In this document: positions 1-12,423 of the stretch, one piece after another
Layout of the letters: each line of letters opens with the position of its first letter
How positions within the stretch are numbered: the first letter of the stretch is position 1
DNA from: Squalus acanthias
Taxonomy: Eukaryota
Assembly: GCA_030390025.1 (NCBI GenBank)
Contig: CM059432.1
Coordinates: 102,426,001-102,490,000, forward strand
DNA: 64,000 bases
Direction of reading: 5' to 3'
The notes under the pieces: model-generated
What the model was told of the DNA's origin: nothing
Database searches by the model: none
Seen by the model: only the letters and a program-made list of their open reading frames with translations
Made by a program: the position numbers and the translations under genes

Positions 1-296
1 GCCGCCCCGGCCGCACGTACGCCTCCCTGAACCCGTCGGACATAGCGTCTGGCGGTAAATCAGGGGGCGCGACTGAAGATCACGGCCGGGGCGCGAGCGG
101 GGTGCTGCGCACGGAGATGACGTCATCGCCGGCGGCGCAGCGCCACAGGGCGCTACCGGCTGCCGCCGCCGCTAACCTCCCACTAAATTTTTCGGGAGGC
201 GTGGGCGGCGCTGCGCCCGGGCGTTAGCTGCTTTACGCCCCATTAGCGCCCTCTTAAGGCGCTAACGGGAGGCGCAAGCAGCTGAATTTTTCCCCC
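1..296. mobile_element. Right end of a GC-rich MITE / Harbinger-type non-autonomous element (truncated by window edge)
   Basis: CpG-rich block ending in gctgaatttttcccc, resembling the ..gaattt(c/t)..ccc termini of the other MITEs here; left end not visible. Confidence 0.4.
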
Positions 297-334
297 ATTG
301 TATTTTTTCTGAATAGGTTAAAAGGCTTATTCCT

Positions 335-1307
335 TCACAGCAAGAGCTGCGCCCTCATGATGGCCAAGTTGTGGAGGATGGAGCAATTCACCACAAATTG
401 GGACACCCGCTCTGGTGAGTACTGGAGAGCTCCTCCTGAGTGGTCAAGGCAGCGGAACCATTGCTTGAGCACCCCAATGGTCTGCTCAATGAGGTTCCTC
501 CTGGCAGCATGGCTGTCATTATCTGACTGCTGGCCACGAGTGGTGGGGTTGCAGAGGTGAGTTGTCATCCACGTGTAGAGTGAATAACCCTTGTCTCCGA
601 GCAGCCACCCTCGGGAAGATTGCTGACACAGCAGACTGGCGCAGGATGAAGGCATCATGATTGCTGCCAGGATACCAGGCATTCACCATCATGATGTGCT
701 GGGCGTGGTTGCACACCAATTGCACATTATAAGAGAGTAGTAGCCTTTGCGGTTACGATACATCTCGGCATTGATATGCGGCGCCCGCAATGCCATGTGT
801 GTGCAGTCGATGGCGCCCTGCACCATGGGGAAGCCCGATATCCTGGCAAAGCCAGGTACGTGCTCCTCCTGCTTCTCCCTGTTCAGAGAGAAGGCAATGA
901 AGTCTCCTCTGGACGGCGAACTGTGAGATGTTTGCAATGTTACCTGTTCTCGCCTGGCAGAATCTGCTGGTGACAATATGCAGGGCCACGGTCACCTTGT
1001 GGGCCACTGGCTGTGCCATCGTCACCCTGCTCTGCGGCTGCAGGTCTAGTTCCAAGAGGTGGCAGAGTTCTGTTACCACCTCATTGGAGAAGCACAGCCA
1101 CTGAATACACTGCTCCTGGCTTAGGTGCAGGTAGGAGAAGTGCTCCCTGAAAACTCTAGGTGGGTAAGGCCTCCTGCCAAGAGCCCTTCTCCCCTTCCTC
1201 CTCCTCCACCCTCTGCGAGCAGCTTGTCTTTGCTGCCTCTGCTCCATCTCCCTGTCATGCTGCAATGCGAGGGGGACTGCCAGTAGAGCCCCTGTGACTG
1301 GGAGCAA
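335..1307 (-). pseudogene. PIF/Harbinger (HARBI1-like) DDE transposase, frameshifted
   Basis: Overlapping minus ORFs give GFPMVQGAIDCTH, YRNRKGYYS, YPGSNHDAFILRQS, WLLGDKGY, RNLIEQTIGVLKQWFRCLD, CSILHNLA. Confidence 0.92.
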
Positions 1308-2171
1308 GTGGTGTAATCAGAGGCCTTCCAGTTGCAGCCAATGCCTTCCAAATGTCCAGCAGCACTTCCAACATCTTCCAGCAAGCCAGCATTGATATAA
1401 ACTCAGCAAGAGCCAGTACAAGAGAAATAATCAACTTCCCTGCAAGTTGGATGTATCCCTTTAAATAGCACTGGTGGGGGGTCCCTCGTGCAGCTCAGCT
1501 GTGTGTGTTTAGGAGAGGGCGTTAATTGGAACGTCCAAAATGGCAGGTCGTGTGTCAAATCAGCGTTACACACTGACTGACATCATGGTCTGCCTACTCC
1601 ATATACTGCCGGTGTACGCACGTCTCGCCCGCACTATCACCCTCGCCAAGATGGCGATCAGCGCGGGCCATGTCGAAAGTGGGCAGAAGTGAGGCGGCCG
1701 TCAATTTTTTCTCGAAACCCGCTTTAACTGCTGGTGCTGAGGTGCCAAATTTCACGGCAGAAGGGTTTGCAGAGAGGAGGCAACAGAGCTATGCCATCTC
1801 CTGCTTATAATTTCCTGGCTTATCCAGGTCCATGCTGGGAGCTCACTACAGTCATTAAATTCAATGTGGGACTAAATATTTCATTTAACTAAGGCTCACC
1901 ATACCTGCAGCATGTCCTACTTCTGGACCCCATAATTAAGTGTCACAAAATGCATCAAGCAGCTTTTTTCTTGTCTCCTTATCGGTCACAGAGCTAGCTG
2001 CCTTTCTATAAAGATCACAGTTTGTTCAATTCAAGTACTCAGATGATTGATGCCCTTTCATTCATTCCTATTATTGGGACCTGCTGCTAAGGCTCATTAT
2101 AAATTCACAGTTGATAAACTCTTCAAAAAATAACAGGCTATCATAATCATAATTGAAGCAATTATGAAGTA

Positions 2172-2246
2172 TATGTATATAAATGTGTGTATACATATAT
2201 ATATAATATATATGTACATATATATGTGTGTGTGTGTGTATGTGTA
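2172..2246. repeat. (AT)n/(GT)n microsatellite
   Basis: tatatata...tgtgtgtg runs. Confidence 0.9.
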
Positions 2247-2259
2247 TCAACTCCATTCC

Positions 2260-2905
2260 CTAGCTACCGATTCCATCCTCTCTCTGTTCATTGTCTGATG
2301 CTGAACCAGACTGTTCGCAACCTTGCCATCCTATTTGACCCTCAGATGAGCTTCCAACCCCATATCCGCTCCATCACCAAGACCGACTATTTCCACCTCT
2401 GTAGCATTGCCCGTCTCCACCCTTGCCTCAGCTCATCTGCTGCTAAAACCCCCATCCATGTTTTTGTTACCTCTAGACTTGATTATTCCAATGAAAGGTC
2501 ATCGACCTGAAACGTCAACTCTCTTTCTCTCTCCACGGATGCTGCCTGGCCTGCTGAGTTTTTCCAGCGTCCTCCACCCTCTATAAACTTGAGCTCATCC
2601 AAAACTCTGATGCCCTTACCCTAAATCACACCAAGTCCTGTTCACCCATCACCCCTGTGCTCCTGATCCACCAAAACCTCGATTTTTAAATTCTCATCTT
2701 TGTTTTCCAATCCCTCTATGACCTCACCCCTGCCTATCTCTGTAATCTCCTCCAGCCCTACAACCCTCCTAGATTTCTGCGCTCCTCCAATTCTGGCCTC
2801 TTGCACATCCCGGAGTCCCTTCATCCCACCGTTGGCAGCCGTGCCTTCCGCTGCCTAGGCCCTAAACTCTGGAATTCCCTCCCTAAACCGCTCTGCCTGT
2901 CTACC
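2260..2905 (+). mobile_element. L2-clade LINE 3' fragment
   Basis: RNLAILFDPQMSFQPHIRSITKT.YFHL..IARL...HVFVTSRLDYSN and GSRAFRCLGPKLWNSLP are typical L2 ORF2 C-terminal motifs. Confidence 0.85.
2491..2568 (+). mobile_element. Short insert in the L2, resembling a Penelope-type terminal repeat with a partial hammerhead ribozyme core
   Basis: atga-a-aggtc-atc-gacct-gaaac (ATGA, stem II, GAAA) followed by ctctccacggatgctgcctggcctgctgag; breaks L2 colinearity after LDYSN. Confidence 0.55.
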
Positions 2906-3004
2906 TCTCCACCTCTCCACCTTTTATTCCCTTGCATTAAAAAATATTCCTTGAAATATTTAAGATTGGTAACCTGGTGCAGTTTTATTAATGCAGCTAA
3001 AAAT

Positions 3005-3475
3005 GGTTACAGTAGCATCGTGGTTATGTTACTGGATTAGTAATCCAGAGGCCTGAACTAATGATCCAGGGACATAAGTTCAAAATCCCACCACGGCAGC
3101 TGGGGATTTTAAATTCAGTTAATTAATTAAATCTGGAATAAAAGCTAGTATCAGTAATGGTGACCATAAAACTACATGATTATCGTAAAAACCCATCTGG
3201 TTCACGAATGTCCTTTAGGGAAGCAAATCTGCCAGTCTGGCCTATATGTCACTCCAGTACCCACAGCAATGTGGTTGACTCTTAACAACCCTCTGAAATG
3301 GTCTAGCCCTCTCAGTTGTATCAAACCGCTATAAAGAATTATACTAAGAATCAACACACGGACTGTAGTGGTTCAAGAAGCCGGCTTACCACTACCTTCT
3401 CAAGGGCAATTAGGGATGGGTAATAAATGCTGGCCTTGTCGCCGATGCCCACATCCCATAAACGAATTAAAAAAC
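3005..3475 (+). mobile_element. tRNA-derived SINE / non-autonomous LINE derivative
   Basis: A-box tagcatcgtgg, anticodon-like hairpin ctgga-ttagtaa-tccag, B-box gttcaaaatcc; body matches 60212-60545; LINE-like tail caagggcaattagggatgggtaataaatgctggcc plus A-rich end. Confidence 0.8.
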
Positions 3476-4519
3476 CCACAAAAAATAAGCATTTTTAATA
3501 AGAGTGTCTAGTCCTCCACCTGTGAGTAATCTGATTATAAATAACTGAAAATCACTTTAAAAAACACTACAGATTCATTTATTAGTTTTATAGATGTACA
3601 GTAGTCAGTTTCTTAGTAAATTAAATATTTTTCAATATTAAATACTACTACAAGGGCCCTTGTGCCTTAAAAAAAGCTTAATTTGAACAGCCTCCTTGAA
3701 AGGCCGCAAATGGGTGCAATTGGCGGAAACTCGCCACGCTGAATAATTCAATCTAGGGGCGTGATCAGTTTAATGGGCGGGGGAGACTTCCAGCGCAAAT
3801 TTTTAAACTAGCGCACAAGATCATGGAAACTCAATTTGTGCTGGACGTAGCTTGTGCTTGAAATTCTGCGATCTTTTGTGCTGATTTGGCCAATTTCGGG
3901 CAAGCCTAGTGGAAACTCTAGACAGTATTAGAAGCGCACTGTGGTGGATTCACTGAGCACTGGATAACACGAACAGGAAGAGCATGAAGAGGAGAAAGAG
4001 GAGGTCCCTCGTGGACAGTGGACCCAGATCTCCGTGGCCTTGCTTTCAGAGCATGATAGGCTGTTGCAGTCATTGGGCGATGTGTCCATCAGCTTTTGCA
4101 TCATGGAAACAAGTGTGGAGTAGGAGTTTACATCCCACATGTGTGAGGTGCTGATGCACAGCATGTAGATATCTTTCGAGCGAGCCCCTCACAGCTGAGG
4201 TCTTGTTGCCAGGCTTAGGTTCTCTCATGGATGAATGATCAGACTGCTGCACTGTGACAGCCTCCATGGGCAGGCTCACAGATGCGATAGTTCAAACGAG
4301 ATGGGAAATAAGCTTCCTACAAGTTCTGTTATGGGACCTGATATAACCCTCACCGGCAGAGGAGCCAAGAGAAGAGGGAGATTGGAACAGACCATGGATG
4401 TTGGTGCTATCCCTCCAGATGGCTCCAATTTCACAGTTTTCAGTCTCACTCCATGGCCGCACAGGTATCTGAACGCAAACGGGGCCAGACTGCCCCTGTA
4501 GCAGCCAAAGTTCTAGCAA

Positions 4520-4815
4520 GGTACGGTAGCCTAGCAGCTATGGTACTGGACTAGTAATTCGGAGGTTATGAGTTTAAATTCCACCATGGCAAATTGGTGA
4601 ATTTAATTCAGTCAATCTGATCATTTGTAGGCAGGTGCCAGTAAAATAACCGTGACAGCTGCCGGGTTGTTCTTAAAAACTAAACTGTTTAATAATATCC
4701 TTCAGGGAAGGGAACCTGCCACCCCTATCCAGACTGACTCCAGTACCACAATGCATAGTTGACTCTTAATGCCCTCAGCATAACTAGGGATGGACACTCC
4801 CGAGAACAAATATAT
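4520..4815 (+). mobile_element. Diverged tRNA-derived SINE (related to 3005-3475)
   Basis: tagcctagc...ctggactagtaattcgg...gagtttaaattcc; ttcagggaagggaacctgcc; gttgactcttaatgccctc. Confidence 0.7.
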
Positions 4816-4949
4816 TTTAATAAAGCCATCTGATGCGCTAGTTCGCAGAAATTAAGAAGCAGCTAAAGTCCTTGGCCTAGAAATTCAGTATCCCCTAAAA
4901 CGGGTGCGGGATCGCGATGCGATAGCAACCTGTGCCCCATCAGAGGAGT

Positions 4950-6534
4950 GCAAGCAACATGTGGAATTCATTGGTCAAGGTCAGTGAATTAATCTTCAAA
5001 TGCCATATCCCACTACCTGCACCACTAGCCTCACACACTGCTCAATGCACTCTCTACCAAACAAGACTCAGACCTCACATTCATAGGTTCACCTCACTGG
5101 CACACACTTACCACTGCTGCAAGCCTCACACCTCAATCTCACAGCTTGAACACACTGTCAGCTATTCAACTATGACAGGCACATCACCCTAACACATTAC
5201 ACCGCACTCACTGACACACTTACCTCTCTCTTGTAGGAAAAGGTGGCTCATAACCGGCACCAGCATACATTAACTAGCGGGAGACAGTGCTGGCCACTAC
5301 TGGCAGGGCCATGGCTGAGCCCATGGCCAGCAACGGGGTTGAAAGAATACAAGATGCCGGGATTCTCATACATTATCCTTCTTCGCACATCCCACTTCCC
5401 CCTCATCCCACAATCTTTTCTGATTTACAATCTGCACACCGTGTAAGCATGCACCTCTTGCTGTTGCTCCCACACCACCTCCCCCCTGCCTAGACAGTGG
5501 TTGAACAAGAAGAGGGAGAGGAGAATGAAAAAGAAGAAGAAGAAGCACCATCACTCGATTTCACACTCCCAGCCACCAGCTCAGATACTGACACTCCGTG
5601 TACTTTAGAGGATAGGTTAGACGTGGGATCTGCAGGTGGTGAAACACCGGGCACAAGTGGCCTGTAGCCAGGGCAGGGGAAAAAACTAACTCAGGTGCCA
5701 ACTCCCCGGAAGGTGAGGTTACACATGAGTTCTGCTGCACAGGACTCAAACGAAGACATCGATTGTGTGGCCTACAGACGAACACTGATGGGTATGCACA
5801 ATGAAATGCTTTGTGTATTGGCAGGCTTGCCAGAAAGCCTGAATGCAATGTCAATAAGCATGAAGGAGTCCAGCTCCAGCCTTGCACAGGGCTCTGGGCA
5901 GAGCTTGGAGCCCATCCTATCCAGCGTGGAAGGGCTGGGCAGATCCCTTAACACACTTCTGGACCCATCATGCCGCGTCTGATGGCCGAAGTCTCAGCTT
6001 CCATTGCAGCACAAGCACAAGCCACCTAACGTTTGAGTGCTGCAGTGGGAGCGCAGACTGAAGTCATGCAAGCACAGACTGCTGCCATCATGCTGGGCTT
6101 ACCAGTGTTGACAGGGACTTGCAGGGTGTCACAGCAGTCTAGCAGTCTGTACTTCATCAGATTACTGGGATTGGTGAGATGCGGCCTCAGGGGAGTGGGA
6201 ATGAATCTGTGGAGGACGACTCTACTGTCCCCCCTCAGGATGACAGCATTTATCCTCCCACTACTGCCACTACGCCAGGCCCTTGCTTTTGCCTGTCAGC
6301 CAGCCAGCCCAGACTGCTGCCGCCCATGCCATGGTGGTGCAGTCCGAAGCCGGGCCTACTAGGCTCAGAGCTCCTCGAGGTCATCCTGCAAGGCCATCTG
6401 CAGTCTCCTCCACTGAAAGTCAACAGTCTTCCACCAGCCATGCTGTGGCCACTGGAGTAGCACTGCGTAGGAGCACTAGGGTAGACAAAGGCACATGCAA
6501 GACAGTCACTAAGGGAATGCACAAGGGCAATTAG
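4950..6534 (+). pseudogene. Harbinger second gene (Myb/SANT-like partner), spliced and degenerate
   Basis: Splice-like sites (caag|gtcagt near 4979; ctctcttgtag|gaaaaggtggct near 5236); low-complexity coiled ORF pieces ending LRRSTRVDKG; lies convergent to the transposase as in canonical Harbingers. The Myb domain itself is not seen. Confidence 0.55.
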
Positions 6535-6769
6535 TTAATTTTTTGATGTAATATAGGATGGATATATGGATAAAGTTTCATTGGAAAGTTTGCTTTGTGG
6601 TGGCTTTTATTTCAGCATTGTGGCCAAGAAGATGCTATGATGGTCAGTAACAGAGGAAAGGTAAGGTGTGTGACTAATGTTGAATGTGGAATTGGGGTTG
6701 TGTTCAATTGTACCACAGGCGGATGATTTGATCCCGGATATCTGGCCAAAAAGGGGCTGTCTGGGTTGC

Positions 6770-7960
6770 CTCATTCCTTCCCTTTCCGCATCCTCCTCTT
6801 CCGCTTCCTCCTCTTCCTCCTCCTCTTCCTCTTCCTCCTCCTTCTCCTCTGCCTCCTCCTGCTCCTGAGCTGGTGGCTGTATCCCTGGTGGCAAGGGCTG
6901 TGATCATGATAGCCAGGTTAGGAGGTTACAGAAAACCATGACGAATCGGGACACACACTCCGATGAGTACTGTAGGGCTCATCCAGAGCCATCAAGGCAG
7001 CGGAAGCATTGTTTAAGGACGCCAATGCTCTGATCTATGATGCTTCATGTAGCAGCATGGCTCTCGTTGTACGCATGCTGGCCACGTGTGGTTGGATTGT
7101 GGAGTGGAGTTGTGAGCTAAGTGGTCAAGGGATAGCTGTTGTCGCCCAGCAACCACCCTCTGGTTTGTCTTGGTGGCTCAAAGACTGAGTGAGCAACAGA
7201 CTGGCGCAGAATAAAAGCATCATGACTGCTGCCAGGATACCGGACATTCACCATCATGATGTGCTGAGCATGGTCGCACACCAACCGCGCATTCAGCGAT
7301 TGGTAACCTTTGCGGTTGCGGTGCAACTCAGCACTTATATACGGTGCCCGCAAAGCCATGTGCGTGCAATCAATGGTGCCCTGCACCATGGGGAAGTCCA
7401 CTATCCTGGCAAAAACAAGTGCATCCTCCGTCTGCTTCTCTCTGTTCAGACAGAAGACAATGAAATGCCCTTTCTTGGCATAAAGAGCCTCTCTTATGCA
7501 GCAGTGGATGGCAAACTGGGAAATTTTAAAGATGTTTCCTGCTCCAGCCTGGAAGGATCCCCAACAGGAAGAAATTCAGGGCCACGGTCACCTTCACAGC
7601 CACTGGCAGCGCTGTTCTTGCCCTGGAGAGCGACTTCAGGTCTGGTTGCAAGAGGTGGCAGAGTTCTGTGAACACCTCCTTCGTAAATTGCCGACACCTC
7701 ACACACTGCTCCTGGCTCAGATTAAGGTAAGAGAATTGCTCTCGGAATTCCCTCGGTGTGTAAGGCCTCCTGCTGAGAGCCCTTCTCCCCCTCCTCCTCC
7801 TCGCTCTGCGAGCAGCTTGTCCTCTTTGCTGCCTCTGCTCCATCTCCCCGTCATGCTGCAGGCCAAGGGGATGACACCTAGAGCACCCATGACTGGGAGC
7901 AAGTAGTCTGACCAGAACCCTTGAAATCAGAAGCAAGGCCTTCTCCACTTGCAGCACCAC
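6770..7960 (-). pseudogene. PIF/Harbinger transposase
   Basis: RRPYTPREFRE, VAVKVTVALNFF, FPMVQGTIDCTH, RNRKGYQS, YPGSSHDAFILRQS, WLLGDNSYPL; close paralog of 335-1307. Confidence 0.92.
6790..6867 (-). repeat. (GAG/GAA)n poly-Glu tract in the transposase tail
   Basis: tcctcctct repeats on +. Confidence 0.85.
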
Positions 7961-8482
7961 TCCCTGTCACCTCCCCAACTTTAAACAACTCGAGAAAGCT
8001 GCAAACAGTTCCACAAACTTACACAGAGCCAGTAGAAACCAAAAAGCAAGTTACCTGAAAGTTATTTATGATCCCTTTAAGTATCACTGGTGGGGGGTCC
8101 TTCCTGCTGCTAAACACATGCTCAGCTGTGCAAGGTTAAGAGAGGGCGTTGGCTCCAGCGCTGACGACGAAAATGGCAGTGCTGGCGTCAAATCAGCGTT
8201 GCACACTGATTAACGTTACGATCTGCCTACTTACCATACTTCTAGCGCATGCTCCTAACGGCTGCTCTACCGCCCTCATCAAGAAGGCGTCTGGTGTGGC
8301 TCGGAAGCCATATTGGTCCCAATTCGGCACCCATAGCACCCAAACAACGAGCGCTACAAAACCGAATTTCTAGGCCTTAGACTGATAGTGATACATTGGA
8401 GTTCAGTGAAATAGTGTTTTAGACCCAGATGGTGCTTTCTACATCGCATTTTTATACATGTGGGAGATCAGGTTTTTATATT

Positions 8483-9245
8483 GGGCCAGAAATTCAGCTT
8501 TCAGGCTTCTTGCGGGTGCAAGCATCACGCGCGTACTTGCCTACCGCGCCTGCAGTTGTGCCTTGGGCCCACGAGGACTTCGGGTCCTGGGCCTCCTGCA
8601 GCTGCCAGCGTGCAGTGCTTGTGTATCCCAGGGGCGCAGTTAGTTCGAAGCGTCCCCTGGGATCATGTGGGCCATGGAGAGCCAATCCTAGCAGGGCATT
8701 TTCATTCATAGATTTGACAGGAAGACCTGTCAAATCTATGAATAGAGATCGGCCCCAAAACTACACTTAAACTTCAAATAAATTAAAAAAAACATCACAT
8801 TTTTAAAATAACTATAAGTTAAATAAATTAACTACTTTAAACAAAAATTTAAATTTTTGAAAAAATTAATTATACTTTTTAACGGTGCTAAAAATAAACT
8901 TACCTTTCTTTAAAGTATCCAAAAAAGATAAACCTGTTGAAATTTTTTTTAAATTGTAATTAATTAACCACTTACCTTGTTAAAAACAGGCCTTGGGCCT
9001 CCTTTTTAAAAGTGTAGCTTCTTCATACTTACCCTCCCGGAGAAACCTGAAAAAAAAAATGAAGTTCGCTGCGTGCGCGCTGCCTCTCCCGCGCACGCGT
9101 TCAACTTCTGAACCCCTCCCTTCAGGGGAACGGAAGTTCCGGTTTCCCCCGCATGCGCAGTGCATGCGTGAAACCGGCACTTCAGGTGGCCTTACGGGTG
9201 AGTACACAGCGCGTACTCACCCGACAACAGCCGAATTTCTGGCCC
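8483..9245. mobile_element. Harbinger-type MITE, family M1 copy 1
   Basis: TIR gggccagaaattc / gaatttctggccc, 3-bp TSD ATT/ATT; homologous to 42670-43432 and 51971-52732. Confidence 0.92.
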
Positions 9246-9309
9246 ATTATGTGTAATATTGACAAAAGGGTCTGCAGATTGGTAATAGCTTGACTTTTCA
9301 TGGATAGTT

Positions 9310-9809
9310 TTACTGTACAAGATGATTAGCAAGGAAGGATGAAATGGCAGTGTAATAATTGCTGAAATGGCCAGGAGAATGTCTCCATGTTAAGGTTTTT
9401 ATGGATAGTTCCATCAGTATAAGCTTCATTTCTTTATACTCTTTCTGCAGCCTCATCTGGCAAGTCATCCTCCTCCTTCTCTGCCCACGACACCTCAATA
9501 TCCTCCAGGTGGATGCCCCTGTCAATAGTCAAGTTTTGGAGAACCAGGCCATTATGATGATCCCTGGACAACCGCAGGATTTTACAGCAGGACTCCCCCT
9601 GAATGATCCAGACTCTGGACCTTTGCTTTAGTATGAGGAAGATGTTCTCCATGATGATGCTGGTGGAAGCAAGAGTATCATCGTACCCTTCTTCTGAATG
9701 TAGGGGAATCATGAACCACAGCAACAGTGAGTAGCCAAGGTTTCCTAGCAGTTACTGCTTGCATCCTTGCCTTTCCTCAAACATTATCTGCACATTGATT
9801 GAGTGGTAC
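9310..9809 (-). pseudogene. Old Harbinger transposase, 3' half (left flank of ERV-A)
   Basis: Minus strand reads YHSINVQ from the GTAC junction, then LLGNLGYSL..WFMIPL; continues the NCKG of 44190. Confidence 0.8.
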
Positions 9810-10710
9810 TGTAGGATCTGTTCCTCCCCCCCAACTGTAAAATTTATGGAATGTAAAAAACCCAAACCCACGGACGTTGAACTGTGAAATATAAAAGCCA
9901 TACCTCAGCACACAGAGGTGGGCTATGCAGTAAGGGGTTAATTCAAACATTGCAACAAAACTATGGCTCGTTAAAAGAGACTGGAAAAGACATTATCATA
10001 CTCAAATGATACAGGACAACTGCCATCGATTCAATACAATTAATGTATTGAGAATGCCATCAGCATAGACAATAGCACCGGACGACGGCCATTACCATCT
10101 GAATGGTTTCTGCCAAGAAGAAAAAGGGACATTCACACATTCGTTAACTTTGGAGTCAGGAATCTTGTACCATAGAAATGTTACATTGTTTAATCAGCAT
10201 GAGAACTGGGCCCGCCCAGTCCTGTGTAGACCAGGGCATGGAATCGAGATATCGTCATAGGTATCTTTATAAAAGAGGACAAAATCACAGAGGGGGACTG
10301 CAGTCGGAAGGAGGACAGAAGGTTTGGTCACCTAGTCCGGGCCTACAATCAACACCAGAATGTAAGTTTCAGTCAAATCATAGAGGGGTTTCTCTGGGTT
10401 ATTTTGTAAGCAGCAGTCGAATCGTGGAAGGGTTTGTGCTGTGGGATTTTGTGTTAGTTTCAGTTAAACTGCAGAAGAGTTTGAACTGGTATTTTGTGTC
10501 AGTTTCAGGTAACCTTGTGTAAGGGTTTTGTATTGTGGGTCAAATCACAGAGGGGTTTGTACGGGGGGGAATTTTCTGAGTTCAATAAACGAACAAATCG
10601 AAGGTTAAGCCAAACCCTATGTTGTGCGTATTTTGTTCTTATAAATCCTGAAGTCCAAGAACGGTCTGTAAAGTGGGGGGGAGGGGGGGCCGGGAACGGA
10701 ACCTCCTACA
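9810..10710 (+). repeat. ERV-A 5' LTR (901 bp)
   Basis: Direct repeat of 42486-44185 once the MITE is removed; tataaaa near 10268, aataaa near 10584. Confidence 0.95.
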
Positions 10711-10716
10711 GAATTT

Positions 10717-10734
10717 TGGCGACTGCGGCAGGAC
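10717..10734 (+). promoter_or_regulatory. ERV-A primer-binding site, tRNA-Arg(TCG)-like
   Basis: tggcgactgcggcaggac, one C>T away from the ERV-B PBS. Confidence 0.85.
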
Positions 10735-10755
10735 TTCAAGGTTAAGAACAAATTT

Positions 10756-12423
10756 ATGGACAGGGTCAAGAGCAAGAAACCCTCGATAGAGGATAAGATA
10801 TCCTCGTATGTGTTTGGCAAGGTAAAAATTTCTAAGCAATAGGAGCTGGAAATGCTGCACTCTGACAGTCCGCAGGGGAAGGCGGCAGAGTGGATGGGTA
10901 GTAGCGAACGTAAGAAATCAAAGGAAAAGGCAATTTGGTTACTGTGTATGCAGAAACAAATTCAGATTCTCACGGAGAAAGTTAAGCGGTTAGAAGAGGA
11001 GAAAAGGGAATCAGAAAGCAGGGCAGGCGACAGAGAGGCCGTAGAGAACCGGCTGATGGAAGATTTAAGTAATGAAAGGCAGGAGAGGAAAATGCAGGAA
11101 GAAACATCTAGGAATACGATAGAGTATCTGCAATGTCAGGTCACCAAAAGTAAAAGGCAGTGTCAGGCTCAGCGTGAGGAAAATGCCAGGAACTTCGAGC
11201 GAGCTGACACGGCTGAGGGACAGTTGGAGGATATCAAGGTGGCATACAGGGTAGCTCAAAATCGGGTACATGAAGAGGCCGATCGCGGGCCCTGTACTGA
11301 GAAAATTCATAAGCTGACCCTAGCATTATCTGGGGCCAGGTGTATGGCTTGTCTTATGGCACCGGGGGAAGTTGGGGTAGACTGGGATGAGGAGGAAAAG
11401 GAGCCCGATGATGGGATCCAGTATAGAGAGGTTCGACCGGCTCCCGAAGCACAGGGACCACCGGGACCGATGTGTCCCCTGCGACAGCAAAAGTTCGGTC
11501 CACCCCCACAAGGCGGCGGTCAGGGGCCATTGCAGAGCGATTATGTGCTTCCCTATACGTCCTTCAGTTGCAGGAAATGCTGGCCAGTGTGCTGAAACTG
11601 AAGCACGGAGGGGATGCCTCTGTTCATTTTGAGCAGAGAGGGGGAATCAATAGCTGTGATGAGGACGAATTGAAGAAGCTGATACTGTTCTCCCTAGCTG
11701 TATCAGAGTTTGTCGGCAGCCATTAAGTTAGGAGGGGGCACCACAGACGATTTGAAGTACGACATTTTAGTGGCGCTAGGACATAGCCAAGGCAGCCCGT
11801 TCTTGCAGGTCGAGCAGACCAGACAGCTGGCAGGTGAGGCGCCGGATGTATTTGCAGATAGGTTATGGCCCGTGTATCTGAAAGCGACTGGGGAAAATCT
11901 AGCCCGAGCGGAGTTGATAGGGGCTCCCAGGAATCATTGGTTGAGGACCCTATAGCTAACAGCTTGCCGCGGATGAGGGCCAGGGCGGAGTCAAGGTTTG
12001 ACCCCGAGGACGTGACAAATATGGAGGCAGGCGTGTTGAGGAAACTGACTCTGGCTTTTAAATCCGACCGGGGGGAGGAGAATAAATAAACAAAAGGGAA
12101 AGATGCACGAGATGAAGGGAAGCGTGGGTGGTAGAAAGGAATGGAGGCAGGAGTGGGGTAATGCGGACAGATCCCAGGCATGTTTTAACTGTGGGAGAAC
12201 GGGACACTGGAGCAGAGAGTGCAAGTTTCCGAAAGAGGGGAAACCAGGATACGGGGGTCCCTCAGGGTCGAAACCGCGGTTAGTAGAGGTGGAGAAAGAG
12301 AGGTTCGAAGACCCAGTGAAACTTCTAGTGTCCGCGTTACGGCAGGTTATGGGCAAGGACCAGGGAAAGCTGGACGCTGCCGTGTGCAGCGAAGGACCCA
12401 GTGCTCCCGCACTTCCCCAATGA
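10756..12423 (+). pseudogene. gag: ERV-A gag (stops and frameshifts)
   Basis: ATG 10756 in frame with ORF 10852 across one TAG; KAIWLLC, IEYLQCQVT, GEAPDVFADRLWPVY and CFNCGRTGHWSREC align to ERV-B Gag. Confidence 0.9.

Larger units (their letters stand above)
4874..8376. mobile_element. PIF/Harbinger DNA transposon with two convergent genes, decayed
   Basis: TIRs ggcctagaaattc(a)g / c(c)gaatttctaggcc; transposase on -, putative Myb/SANT-partner gene on +; TSD not clean. Confidence 0.85.

Noticed and set aside
335..1307. Domesticated host HARBI1 gene
   Set aside because: Frameshifted, and one of four decayed Harbinger transposase copies in the window
3005..3100. Functional tRNA gene
   Set aside because: No proper acceptor stem, and it continues into a repeated SINE body
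3928..4515. Short ORFs possibly from another Harbinger Myb-partner gene (similar case at 51077-51830)
   Set aside because: Only compositional resemblance; no diagnostic motif or boundaries could be fixed
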